DNA of 64,000 nucleotides from Macrostomum lignano (lineage: Eukaryota). The position numbers and the translations under genes are program-made. The stretch spans positions 41,123 to 105,122 of the forward strand of contig NIVC01003303.1 of the NCBI GenBank assembly GCA_002269645.1, in the 5' to 3' direction. Shown here piece by piece: positions 40,064-52,339 of the stretch. The notes under the pieces were generated by a model. That model was not told the origin of the DNA and made no database searches. It saw nothing but the letters and a program-made list of their open reading frames with translations. Positions within the stretch are counted from its first letter, which is position 1; each line of letters begins with the position of its first letter.

Positions 40064-40585
40064 ATGGCCAAGGAAGGCGAAGAAGCCAAGGTGGAAGTCG
40101 ATCTGGTCAACCGCGACCCCAACCAGCTCAATGGTCACCTGAAGGTAAGCATAGAATGCTCAAATACGACTTCACACCTGAGCATAGTTACTCACCCATA
40201 CCATGAGCCGCATTCTAACTGACCCATCGGCAACTCTCCCACAAACCTGCAGGTCGCCTTCGAGGACGTCCTGGGCGAGCCGGAGCACGCGCACTCCATC
40301 GACTGCTTGTGGCGCAACTCCTACGGCTGCTTCACTGGCGGCAAGAACTGCTGCTACAAGTTTGTCAGCGTCCTGTCGGGCCTGTGCATCGCCCTGTGCT
40401 GGGGCTGCACCTTCGCTATGGTTGCCTTCTACAACATCTGGTGCATCACGCCGTGCACCAAGGTCTTCAAGATCTTCATCGGCGTGTTCAGGGAGATGTG
40501 GGAGACCTACTGGGACTGCTGCGTGGGCGCCGAGTGCAAGGCCTACGGCTACTTCTTCAGCAGGGTCAAGGTCCAACAGGGCTAG
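40064..40585 (+). CDS. Caveolin B, 137 aa; join(40064..40144,40253..40585)
   Basis: MAKEGEEAKVEVDLVNRDPNQLNGHLK|VAFEDVLGEPEHAHSIDCLWRNSY...; 108-bp phase-0 intron. Confidence 0.94.
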
Positions 40586-41136
40586 ACTCTTGCCAACTGC
40601 TCGCAAGGCGGCCGCATGGAGTCTGGCAGCTTTGATAACTGTAAAAACACCAAACCACCAATCGAATTCCTTAATTAAGATATTTATTAGCTAAACTCGA
40701 ATTTACAGCCAATTTGTACCTTGCTATTTTTGTAACTAAGTACGAACCCAATTTTAGCGGCAAAGACGCGACGTGGGCGTAGAGTTGGCGGTCTTCATTA
40801 GCGACCATAGTGTTCTATAGTTCCAAGCTGATTTTTACTGATTTTTTTTCCCAAGAATTGACAAATAAACTAATTAACTACACAAAAATCCGTAACTGAC
40901 TCAGAGGTCGCTCCTAAAGTACTTTCAATTAAATTTATTGTTTTGTCAGCGTTCTTTAATAACTATTAATTCTTATCAAAACGGTTCTTATTGGTTTAAT
41001 TAAAACATAATTATACGGCATGCAGTAGAAAGCATTGAGCCCCTTACTAATAAAATGGTATTAAAGATCGATATTAATTTAGAGAAAGGAACAGGCCTTT
41101 GCAACTTGTATCACGTCAAAAAGCAAATTAAAAAAA

Positions 41137-41363
41137 TTTAAATTGGCGCCACTGCGTGGCATAGCAACAACAATTTTTGTTTTGTCAAAGTGGGCTGGAC
41201 GCAGCTCGTCGCAGCCAGAGAAGTGAGTCCGAGCAGGGCGGGGGGAGCGAGGGAGAGGGGGTAGAGGGGTGCCCACCCTACCTTGTTGCTAAGGTCGATA
41301 GCCTACCACCCCGCCGCAGGGTGTGTTGCCTGGTAGCGCAACGCTTGGCGCTAATTTGAATTT
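41137..41363. mobile_element. Possible MITE in the spacer of the caveolin inverted pair
   Basis: Imperfect 18-bp inverted repeats AAATTTAAATTGGCGCCA / TGGCGCTAATTTGAATTT; no TSD established. Confidence 0.35.
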
Positions 41364-41785
41364 GTTTTTTTCTAAACAAATTGTCAGGCCAGACCTCGAA
41401 TTTGCTTGAATATCCTAATATTTTTTACAAATTGCTTTTAACAGCAAATTCATCAAAGTCTAACAGTTAATTAGTTCGTTCTAAAAGCTAATCCTTAAAA
41501 AGTAAGACAGGATCTTATAAGAAACTCAGTGTTATCATAGTGTATTTGTATTGAAAATATCAGTTTTGATAGTAAGAAAACTGCTAAGATATGGTTAAAA
41601 AAACATTCAGTGGTCTTCTGCTGCAATAGAAACAGTCTTGAAAAAAGGACAGCAAGATAGACGGCTGGAAAAATCGGTACAAAAATCTGGTACCAAATCA
41701 AATCAGGTTGTTGGTAATCACAATCAGCAAGACAGAGTTAAGCCAGAGTAAATTAGTTTTCCCAAATCTTGCGGAGACATGCAGC

Positions 41786-42310
41786 TTATTTGCCCTGCTC
41801 CACCTTGATCCTGCTGAAGCAGTAGCCGAGGGCCTTGCACTTGGCGCCCACGCAGCAGTCCCAGTAGGTCTCCCACATCTCCCTGAACACGCTGATGAAG
41901 ATCTTGAAGACCTTGGTGCACGGCGTGATGCACCAGATGTTGTAGAAGGCAACCATAGCGAAGGTGCAGCCCCAGCACAGGGCGATGCACAGGCCCGACA
42001 GGACGCTGACAAACTTGTAGCAGCAGTTCTTGCCGCCAGTGAAGCAGCCGTAGGAGTTGCGCCACAAGCAGTCGATGGAGTGCGCGTGCTCCGGCTCGCC
42101 CAGGACGTCCTCGAAGGCGACCTGCAGGTTTGTGGGAGAGTTGCCGATGGGTCAGTTAGAATGCGGCTCATGGTATGGGTGAGTAACTATGCTCAGGTGT
42201 GAAGTCGTATTTGAGCATTCTATGCTTACCTTCAGGTGACCATTGAGCTGGTTGGGGTCGCGGTTGACCAGATCGACTTCCACCTTGGCTTCTTCGCCTT
42301 CCTTGGCCAT
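41786..42310 (-). CDS. Caveolin C, 138 aa; complement(join(42230..42310,41786..42121)); inverted near-identical copy of caveolin B
   Basis: Same exon 1, identical 108-bp intron; diverges only near the C-terminus (…AKCKALGYCFSRIKVEQGK). Confidence 0.94.
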
Positions 42311-43019
42311 TGCTGCTTACGAGAGTTGGTAGCACAGAAGCTGGTTACTGAGGTTGCAGACGGGAACTTGGCTCGGCCAGTCGGGTCGGTTGTCTTCCGA
42401 ATAGAAAGCAGACGGGCCCGCTCGATGCACTCTGCTTTTATTCTGAGCGGCAATGAGCCGTCGTCAGGGGCGACCTAGGACGCCAACTCGAACCCTCAAG
42501 CCTTCGGAGCTCACGCCACCGTTTTTCCTATTCAATAGGCAGCTCAGGTCCATCTCTCTTACCCATCTCTCTCTCTCTCTCTATCATTCGTACCCAGCGC
42601 TGAGAATTGCTTCTTTTCTTTTTTGCTACAAAACTGAGAGCACAGTTCGAGGCTCACGCGCTGACAAGCAAACGTGGTTAGAAGAATATCTCCTTAGCTA
42701 GAATTGTGCCGACAGCAGAGAGCTGGAGGCGGGGTGAGCTTCGGGGTAAAGTGAAGCAGCCCAATGGCCCAAACCACATGCGTGCAACTTGCAATAATTA
42801 TGCAGTTAGAAACAGACGAAATATCTTTTAGATCTTTCTGTCATTGTTAGTGGAGATGCATCAAAACAGCTTCTGTCTAATCTTGCCAACTGTAGGCGAA
42901 TACAGATAATACCTGTAACTAAATTAAATCAACTAAATTATAGTGTCGGTAGCTGTGCCATAGAAAGCTCATTATGGAGAATCAGGGGTGTGGCTCTGCA
43001 GGCTGCTTACGGTCTATGG

Positions 43020-43795
43020 GAATCTCTAGTTGAATCTCACTCATCTCCAGTTGAATCTCACTCATCTCTAGTTGAATCTCACTCATCTCTAGTTGAATCT
43101 CACTGATCTCTAGTTGAATCTCACCCATCTCTAGTTGAATCTCACTGATCTCTAGTTGAATCTCACTCATCTCTAGTTGAATCTCACTGATCTCTAGTTG
43201 AATCTCACTCATCTCTAGTTGAATCTCACTGATCTCTAGTTAAATCTCACTGATCTCTAGTTAAATCTCACTGATCTCTAGTTAAATCTCACAGATCTCT
43301 AGTTAAATCTCACAGATCTCTAGTTAAATCTCACAGATCTCTAGTTAAATCTCACTGATCTCTAGTTGAATCTCACTCATCTCTAGTTAAATCTCACTGA
43401 TCTCTAGTTGAATCTCACTCATCTCTAGTTAAATCTCACAGATCTCTAGTTAAATCTCACAGATCTCTAGTTAAATCTCACTGATCTCTAGTTAAATCTC
43501 ACAGATCTCTAGTTAAATCTCACAGATCTCTAGTTAAATCTCACAGATCTCTAGTTAAATCTCACTGATCTCTAGTTGAATCTCACTCATCTCTAGTTAA
43601 ATCTCACAGATCTCTAGTTAAATCTCAATAATCTCTAAAAATCTCAATAATCTCTAGTTAATCTCAATAATCTCTAGTTAATCTCAATAATCTCTAGTTA
43701 ATCTCACTGATCTCTAGTTAAATCTAACTGATCTCTAGTTAAATCTCAATAATCTCTAAAAATCTCAATAATCTCTAGTTAATCTCACTTATCTC
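43020..43795. repeat. 21-bp minisatellite (TCTCTAGTTGAATCTCACTCA and variants)
   Basis: Direct periodicity. Confidence 0.95.
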
Positions 43796-44755
43796 TACCT
43801 CGTAAATTTTGTTCTCACGCATGCAATTTGCTAAACACATACGTGGAAAAGTGGCCTTTAACTAACAACAACAACTAACTACTTCGACCACCTAATTATC
43901 TGCTTTAACTAAATCATTTTAAGCTCAAAGCAGCCCCCATTTTCGTTACTAAAGCCAACAAAAGCGTTTCTAAGCAACTTAGCGACACAAACAGAATCCT
44001 ATAGAAATACTTATTAGGAATAAAAAACCTAAATAGACTACTGCTTGGTGAAACAGTAGTAGCAGCAGCAGTAAATAAAAGTAACGATTTGAACATTTTC
44101 CAAGAAATGATTGATCCAAAAACTGTGGAGGAGTGTTAATCAATTAGTTATTTTTTGCATTAATTTAATTTATTTCCAACTTCAATCACTAAACAATGAA
44201 TTAATGAGTTATTAATTAGCTTAGTTCTCACAGAATCCGGTTCCCTAGCAACGATAAAATGAAAATAAACTTATATAAAAATTCAATTTGGCAATAATAG
44301 GTAAGAAAAAACACACAAATGAAGATTGAAAAAATAAAGAAAAGTCAGTCAGATAATATGTATCAATCAATACGGACCACAAATAATGCAAATACAGAAC
44401 ACCCACAACTAAAAAAACTAGATAAGATAACAAATAAGTAAATACCAGTTTATATAGTAATAATTCAACTAAAACAAGACCAAAGCTGACTAGGTGGTTG
44501 GCTTCGATAAATAACAAATCATGCTGTAAACTTGGATGACAGGGTTATATATCAATCAAGCAACAATTTTTTGCAGAATACGCGGAGATATGCGAAACAG
44601 TTTTTAATTATCTGCTTTTGTATCAGTTGGTCAGTAGGGCTGCTAGGGTTGTTGGTGCTTGGTTTTAAAGAAAATAAATTGGTTATAAATAGCGTCTACC
44701 AGGTGCCAGCGGTTACCATGGTCTATCAATCAAGTCAGTTCTGATTCCATCATTT

Positions 44756-47700
44756 TTAAGCCCTGGACTCGCCTCCATTCATGTTGACTGGCTGCAAAAA
44801 AACAAACAGAACTTTTCTTAGTAACAGAACTGCAATCAGATCATACAGGAACTGCAATCAGATCATACAGGAACTGCAATCAGATCATACAGGAACTGCA
44901 ATCAGATCATACAGGAACTGCAATCAGATCATACAGGAACTGCAATCAGATCATACAGGAACTGCAATCAGATCATACAGGAACTGCAATCAGATCATAC
45001 AGGAACTGCAATCAGATCATACAGGAACTGCAATCAGATCATACAGGAACTGCAATCAGATCATACAGGAACTGCAATCAGATCATACAGGAACTGCAAT
45101 CAGATCATACAGGAACTGCAATCAGATCATACAGGAACTGCAATCAGATCATACAGGAACTGCAATCAGATCATACAGGAACTGCAATCAGATCATACAG
45201 GAACTGCAATCAGATCATACAGGAACTGCAATCAGATCATACAGGAACTGCAATCAGATCATACAGGAACTGCAATCAGATCATACAGGAACTGCAATCA
45301 GATCATACAGGAACTGCAATCAGATCATACAGGAACTGCAATCAGATCATACAGGAACTGCAATCAGATCATACAGGAACTGCAATCAGATCATACAGGA
45401 ACTGCAATCAGATCATACAGGAACTGCAATCAGATCATACAGGAACTGCAATCAGATCATACAGGAACTGCAATCAGATCATACAGGAACTGCAATCAGA
45501 TCATACAGGCCTTGCAACCAGACTCCAAACCTTTTCTCCGTCAGCCGACGCATGCGAAGCATCGCGTCTGCGACCGCCGCCGCGGCCGCGCCGACCACCG
45601 CGTCCTCGGCCGCGTCCGAAGCCGCCGCCGCCACCGTAGGCCGGCACGGGCACATCGTAACGCCGCGGGCTGAAGTACAGACCTCCGCCACCGCCGCCAC
45701 CGCCGCGGGTGATTCCGCCTCCGCCGCCGTTGGCAGGTCCCATGTTGTATGGCCGGCGAAATCCGCGACCGCCGCCGCGGCCGCCGCGGTAGAAGCCGCC
45801 GCCTCGTGGCGGAGGCGGCATCACCGGAGGGTAGCTGGGGTACTGCAGTGGAGTGTAGAATTTTGGAAAGATGCGGTGCTGTGCAATGAAGGCAACTGAG
45901 TTACGATATGACACGAGCAGTCAGGGGCGATTCTGTTTAGGGTTGAGTCAGGGGCGATTCTTCACAGGGGTTGAGTCAGGGGCGATTCTTCACAGGGGTT
46001 GAGTCAGGGGCGATTCTTCACAGGGGTTGAGTCAGAGGCGATTCTTCACAGGGGTTGAGTCAGAGGCGATTCTTCACAGGGGTTGAGTCAGGGGCGATTC
46101 TTCACAGGGGTTGAGTCAGGGGCGATTCTTCACAGGGGTTGAGTCAGAGGCGATTCTTCACAGGGGTTGAGTCAGAGGCGATTCTTCACAGGGGTTGAGT
46201 CAGGGGCGATTCTTCACAGGGGTTGAGTCAGGGGCGATTCTTCACAGGGGTTGAGTCAGGGGCGATTCTTCACAGGGGTTGAGTCAGAGGCGATTCTTCA
46301 CAGGGGTTGAGTCAGAGGCGATTCTTCACAGGGGTTGAGTCAGAGGCGATTCTTCACAGGGGTTGAGTCAGGGGCGATTCTTCACAGGGGTTGAGTCAGA
46401 GGCGATTCTTCACAGGGGTTGAGTCAGAGGCGATTCTTCACAGGGGTTGAGTCAGGGGCGATTCTTCACAGGGGTTGAGTCAGAGGCGATTCTTCACAGG
46501 GGTTGAGTCAGAGGCGATTCTTCACAGGGGTTGAGTCAGGGGCGATTCTTCACAGGGGTTGAGTCAGAGGCGATTCTTCACAGGGGTTGAGTCAGAGGCG
46601 ATTCTTCACAGGGGTTGAGTCAGGGGCGATTCTTCACAGGGGTTGAGTCAGAGGCGATTCTTCACAGGGGTTGAGTCAGGGGCGATTCTTCACAGGGGTC
46701 GAGTCAGGGGCGATTCTTTACAGGGGTTGAGTCAGAGGCGATTCTTCACAGGGGTTGAGTCAGAGGCGATTCTTCACAGGGGTTGAGTCAGAGGCGATTC
46801 TTCACAGGGGTTGAGTCAGAGGCGATTCTTCACAGGGGTTGAGTCTTTATTTGTGCACACAAACTTTGATTTCAATATTTTACATACATTTTCTACAACC
46901 TACATATAGGCTGTAGATAAAAAAATCTACAGCCAAGTACATGAAAGCTACTTGGCTAACAGGGAGATAAAACAGCTAGTTTTATTTTCTCCAAGTCCGA
47001 AAATTGCGGGTAAAAAGTGCGAGTAGATTAAAAATATGCCTCGTCAGCTGATTAGTAAATAAAAACACGAAATTGGCTACTCTGCTATCTTAGCAGTGAA
47101 TTTGTGCCAACGCAATGCAGAATCCAAAGAAACACAGACGGCACTGTGTTGCATTGCAAGACAGTCAAATTCTACTTTTCTTTCTTTACCCCGTTAAGAA
47201 AGGGGTGGGATTAGAATTTATTGATTGGGAAAACTAAAGCCAGAGGCAACAGCTGGAAGTTCTCTTTATTTCGAGATATCCCCTCTCCCCTCTCTCACAA
47301 TACAGTTGCTAGGGGGTGTGTAAAGCATAGTCAACTAACTTGGCTAGCATTTACTAGCAACTAAGAAAGGCTGTTGCAAGACTTCGCTTCGATCGCGGCC
47401 CAAAAAAAGTAAACGGTGAATACTCTCATAGTTTAATAAACTCTACACGGTCTACAGACTACATTACTGTGTATACTGTCTCGGGAAGGAGTAGAAATAA
47501 GATGTGCTGAAATTTGCTTAGTAAGTCCTACTATTATTGTTACTAATCTGCATAAATACTTAGACAATAAACGCAATATAATCAATAATTCAATAGACAT
47601 TTGGGACACTGGGAATGGAGAATTGGGACACTGAGAATGGAGAATTGGGACACTGAGAATAGAGACCCGGAACACTGAGAATGGAGACCCGGGACACTGA

Positions 47701-50700
47701 GAATGGAGAATTGGGACACTGAGAATGGAGACCCGGGACACTGAGAATGGAGAATTGGGACACTGAGAATGGAGAATTGGGACACTGAGAATGGAGAATT
47801 GGGACACTGAGAATAGAGACCCGGAACACTGAGAATAGAGACCCGGAACACTGAGAATGGAGACCCGGGACACTGAGAATGGAGAATTGGGACACTGAGA
47901 ATGGAGACCCGGGACACTGAGAATGGAGAATTGGGACACTGAGAATGGAGAATTGGGACACTGAGAATGGAGAATTGGGACACTGAGAATGGAGAATTGG
48001 GACACTGAGAATAGAGACCCGGAACACTGAGAATAGAGACCCGGAACACTGAGAATGGAGACCCGGGACACTGAGAATGGAGAATTGGGACACTGAGAAT
48101 GGAGACCCGGGACACTGAGAATGGAGAATTGGGACACTGAGAATGGAGAATTGGGACACTGAGAATGGAGAATTGGGACACTGAGAATGGAGAATTGGGA
48201 CACTGAGAATGGAGAATTGGGACACTGAGAATGGAGACCCGGGACACTGAGAATGGAGAATTGGGACACTGAGAATGGAGAATTGGGACACTGAGAATGG
48301 AGAATTGGGACACTGAGAATGGAGAATTGGGACACTGAGAATGGAGAATTGGGACACTGAGAATGGAGACCCGGGACACTGAGAATGGAGACCCGGGACA
48401 CTGAGAATGGAGACCTAGAAGACTGAGAATAGAGTTAGGGACACTGATAATAGACTCTAAGAGTTAAAAGGACACACAGAAGGACTCACAGCCATCACAG
48501 GCCCATACTCAGGCGGCCCATAATAAGATCTGGGGAATCCTCTGCCGCGACCGCCTCGGCCACCGCGTCCCCGGCCAGACTGGCGATCCGCGGCATAGTC
48601 GCTGCCCTTGACGGCGGCACCGTCCGGCCCAGTAACATTGGCAGCCTCGTGGCCTTTGGCGCCTTGGACAACGTCGAATTCAACAGATTCGCCGTCGCCA
48701 ACGCTGCGCTGAAATTTCTTAGGATTGTTCTTGATAATGGCAGATTGGTGGACAAAGATGTCTTCTTTGGTGTCGGCTCGGTTGATGAAGCCGTAGCCGC
48801 TCTTGACGTTGAACCATTTTACTGTGCCGCTGACCTTGGTGGCTGGCGGGGTCAGGGGCGAGGAGTGGAGTTAACAAATAAAAAGTATCCCTTGTACTTT
48901 AATTCAAATCAAAATATTCAAGATAATTCAAAATAAAAACGTGACTTTGCTCAAACATACATGCGCAACCTCTAAAATTCAGTCAGCCGTGCGACTTAGC
49001 TTTAGCAAAAATGCGACGTAGTTTTTGGCCAAAAATGCGACTTACATGTAAAAAACCCTAAAGCAGAATTAACGCAACTTTGAGTAAACGGCAGGAGTAA
49101 CTATGACTGTCTTATTAAGTCAAAATGCCTCGTCAGCTACTTAGTACTCCTACTTCGGTGTTTTTTCGGTTGGGCATTTTTGCGACTTCCTTGGTTGGCC
49201 GCCAAATCGGTCGGCCGGATCGGCTGACTCGGCCGACTGTTGCGCATGTATGTGCTCAAACCCTTAGCTTATTATATTAGCTATACACATAAGACAGTTA
49301 GAGATGCATATTTTCGCCTAGGTATGGTATATGCTACTATGCTGAAAGAGTTCAAAATCCTCTCCAAATCCTTTATGAAACCTCTCAAATCGCAAATATT
49401 GTTATCTCTGTTTGCAAAAATTGACTGCCATTGTCTAGACAAAGATTCTCTTTTGCCTCCTCTCTCTTCTTTGTTCTCTTATCTCTAATCTCTCCTCCTC
49501 TATGCTCTCATCTCCACACTCTTACCTATCATCTCTTATTTCTGCACCCTCATCTCTATTCTTTTATCTATTGTCTCTCTTCTACCCTGTCTTGTCTTAT
49601 CTCTTCTTTCTCCTATCTCACATTGGCAACTTTCTAAAATAGACTTTATTTTTTATTTCTATAGGACCAGAAGCCCCTAACATTGGAAGAATTAAGAACC
49701 ATTTAGAAAGAGAAACTATCTCAGAAATAGGCTGAGTGAATAGCCTTAGGTTAGGAGTTTAGCAATCTCAAGCTCTTAGGCCACATGTACCCTGCAGAGC
49801 ATTTTTATCTAGCCTTTGGGTCCTTTTAAACTTTATAATAGCAATATACTTTGCTTTTAGGAAGTTTAGAGTGGCTGTGAAGTTTAGAGTTTTGTGCCTC
49901 TTCTTAGCTTCCTTCTTTCTGATCTCATCTTCTCATTTCTCCTCTATCCTTTTATCTCTCTTCTCCTCTATCTTTTTCTCTTTCTTTTCCTTTCTCTTCT
50001 ATCTTTTTTTTCTCCTCTCCTCTATTCTCTATCATCTCTCTCTTTTTTCTCTTTCCTCCTCTCTTTTTTACCCTTTTTTCTCATCTTTTTTTTCTTTTAC
50101 TTCTCTTTTTCTTTTCCACACTCATACTAGGTTTTTTATCTGGCCTTTAAGGTAAAAAAGTTTGCTAAACTCTGCCTTAGACAATAAAAATCTATTGTAT
50201 TAGAGCTGACTCCCTGATCCTAGGAATGCTAGAACAAGAGCTTTCAATAAGGAGTAATTTGAACTAATTAGAAAGATATATACATTACTAATAAAAGCAT
50301 TATAAAATAACTTCAATTTAGCTATTAATTTAAAGTATGATAAAAAAGTTCTATTATTAGCACTTTGGTCTGTTTTTTTACATTTTTTTAATAGGCCTAA
50401 GAAAAAATATACTATAGGAGTTGATGCCATTTGAAGTATATAAATTCATAATTGTTTTTTTTCAATTTTTGTTATATATTTTTTGCTATTTAATATATTG
50501 TCATTGATCTTAGATTTAATATAGGCCTAGTGTTGAGCTTAGATGCCTATATCATTTTTAAGACCAAACAGTTCTACACATAATATAATAGTAGGCCCCC
50601 CTGAATACTAGCAAATTGTCTTAATTCTTCTTAAGGTATTTTATAATGAGTTTGTATTTCAACTTAAAAAAATGAAAATGCATGTAAAATTTAGGGTACT

Positions 50701-50998
50701 GTTACTAGTAATAGTATTTTTTTTAGCCTAGTAATTCAACAACTAAGAACTAACAAGTAAAGGTTTTAAAACAATAGCCAGGTACAATGCTTGTCAAAAA
50801 TTTATAAAAATAACGCAAGCTAAATGAAGGAACTAATAAAATATCAACTTGCCCTGTAATTCAATGACAATTTATACTATCTAACTATCAATACTAACTA
50901 ATTTACTAAACAAAGTAAAATAAAAAAATCATACCGAGAATGACTTTCTCGACATCCTGATCAGTAACTGGCGATTTTTCAGCGGCTTTAGCGGCCAT
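44756..50998 (-). CDS. YBX1: Y-box binding protein (cold-shock domain plus Arg/Gly-rich tail), ~254 aa; complement(join(50935..50998,48490..48842,45531..45842,44756..44791))
   Basis: EKVIL|[36 protein letters not shown]...[28 protein letters not shown] (CSD with RNP1/RNP2), then RGG/Tyr-Pro-rich exons; GT-AG junctions are phase-compatible (765 nt). The symbol means family, not strict orthology; the short last exon is less certain. Confidence 0.9.
44825..45508. repeat. 22-bp minisatellite (GAACTGCAATCAGATCATACAG) in Y-box intron 3
   Basis: Near-perfect periodicity; explains the repetitive part of ORF 44781..45899. Confidence 0.97.
45915..46846. repeat. 28-bp minisatellite (GAGTCAG[G/A]GGCGATTCTTCACAGGGGTT) in Y-box intron 2
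   Basis: Direct periodicity with two interleaved variants. Confidence 0.97.
47006..47056 (+). other. Degenerate 28S rRNA-like fragment (helix 69-71 region), core replaced
   Basis: GCGGGTAAA...GAGTA and ATGCCTCGTCAGCTGATTAGT resemble the conserved eukaryotic LSU sequence as recalled from memory. Confidence 0.5.
47600..48415. repeat. 22-bp minisatellite (GGGACACTGAGAATGGAGAATT / ...AGACCC) in Y-box intron 2
   Basis: Direct periodicity; explains the three SQFSILSVP ORFs. Confidence 0.97.
49083..49145 (+). other. Degenerate 28S rRNA-like fragment spanning the R2/I-PpoI target region
   Basis: GTAAACGGCAGGAGTAACTATGACTGTCTTA-TTAAGTCA-AAATGCCTCGTCAGCTACTTAGT versus canonical GTAAACGGCGGGAGTAACTATGACTCTCTTA-AGGTAGCC-AAATGCCTCGTCATCTAATTAGT: 50/54 identity in the flanks, mismatched 8-nt core. 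Confidence 0.75.
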
Positions 50999-51384
50999 CC
51001 TGGACTCCTAGCCAAGATGTTAAACCCACACAGATATTGGATGGTTTCTGCACTCAATTCGAGCTGTTAACACACACTGTAATTTAATTTGCTATAAGGT
51101 CAAGTACGCTTACTTGTGCTAATTTGAAAATTCACAGGCCTGTTCACGTTGTTTTAAGAAAGATAAAGCATACCCATTATCTATCTGCTAAGTTAAAATG
51201 CTTGTTTAAAAATTCTAATTTTAAATGTTTTAATATTATCACTAAGCTTGAACCTTCTTGCTTTTAAAAACGAAAAAGTACGATGACGCTAAAAATACAA
51301 TTTTGAGAAGAAAGCGTGCTTATAGTTAAGAGCAAGCAATGACCGGATTTTCAGTTCCACGTTCAGTTCCACGAAAATAAATAA

Positions 51385-52330
51385 ACAAAAAATCAAATGC
51401 ATACTACAGTAAGGAAAATCTTTTTAAAATTAAACTAATAGCATTTTTGCAATATAACATCTGAGTAGAATTTACACCAAAAATATCTTTTCAATTGAAC
51501 ATCTGTGAGCTTCGTGGCACACCTCGAATGCTGAAATGGAGTGAATTTTCTTTAGAATTTACGACGTAGATGGTGACTGTACAAAAAAATCAAATGCATA
51601 CTACAGCAAGGAAAATCTTTTTAAAATTAAACTAATAGCATTTTTGCAATATAACATCTGAGTAGAATTTACACCAAAAATATCTTTTCAATTGAACATC
51701 TGTGAGTTTCGTGGCACACCTCGAATGCTGAAATGGAGTGAATTTTCTTTAGAATTTACGACGTAGATGGTGACTGTACAAAAAAATCAAATGCATACTA
51801 CAGCAAGGAAAATCTTTTTAAAATTAAACTAATAGCATTTTTGCAATATAACATCTGAGTAGAATTTACACCAAAAATATCTTTTCAATTGAACATCTGT
51901 GAGCTTCGTGGCACACCTCGAATGCTGAAATGGAGTGAATTTTCTTTAGAATTTACGACGTAGATGGTGACTGTACAAAAAAATCAAATGCATACTACAG
52001 CAAGGAAAATCTTTTTAAAATTAAACTAATAGCATTTTTGCAATATAACATCTGAGTAGAATTTACACCAAAAATATCTTTTCAATTGAACATCTGTGAG
52101 CTTCGTGGCACACCTCGAATGCTGAAATGGAGTGAATTTTCTTTAGAATCTACGACCGAGATGGTGACTGTACAAAAAAATCAAATGCATACTACAGCAA
52201 GGAAAATCTTTTTAAAATTAAACTAAAAGCATTTTTGCAATATAACATCTGAGTAGACTTTACACCAAAAATATCTTTTCAATTGAACATCTGTGAGCTT
52301 CGTGGCACACCTCGAATGCTGAAATGGAGA
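51385..52330. repeat. 197-bp tandem repeat, ~4.8 copies, upstream of the Y-box start
   Basis: AATCAAATGC anchor at 51391, 51588, 51785, 51982, 52179 (period 197). Confidence 0.95.
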
Positions 52331-52339
52331 GATTTCTTC

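Noticed and set aside
44781-45899. 372-aa plus-strand ORF
   Set aside because: 22-bp repeat plus the antisense of a Gly-rich Y-box exon.
48649-48936. Plus-strand [17 protein letters not shown]…
   Set aside because: Antisense shadow of the cold-shock-domain exon.
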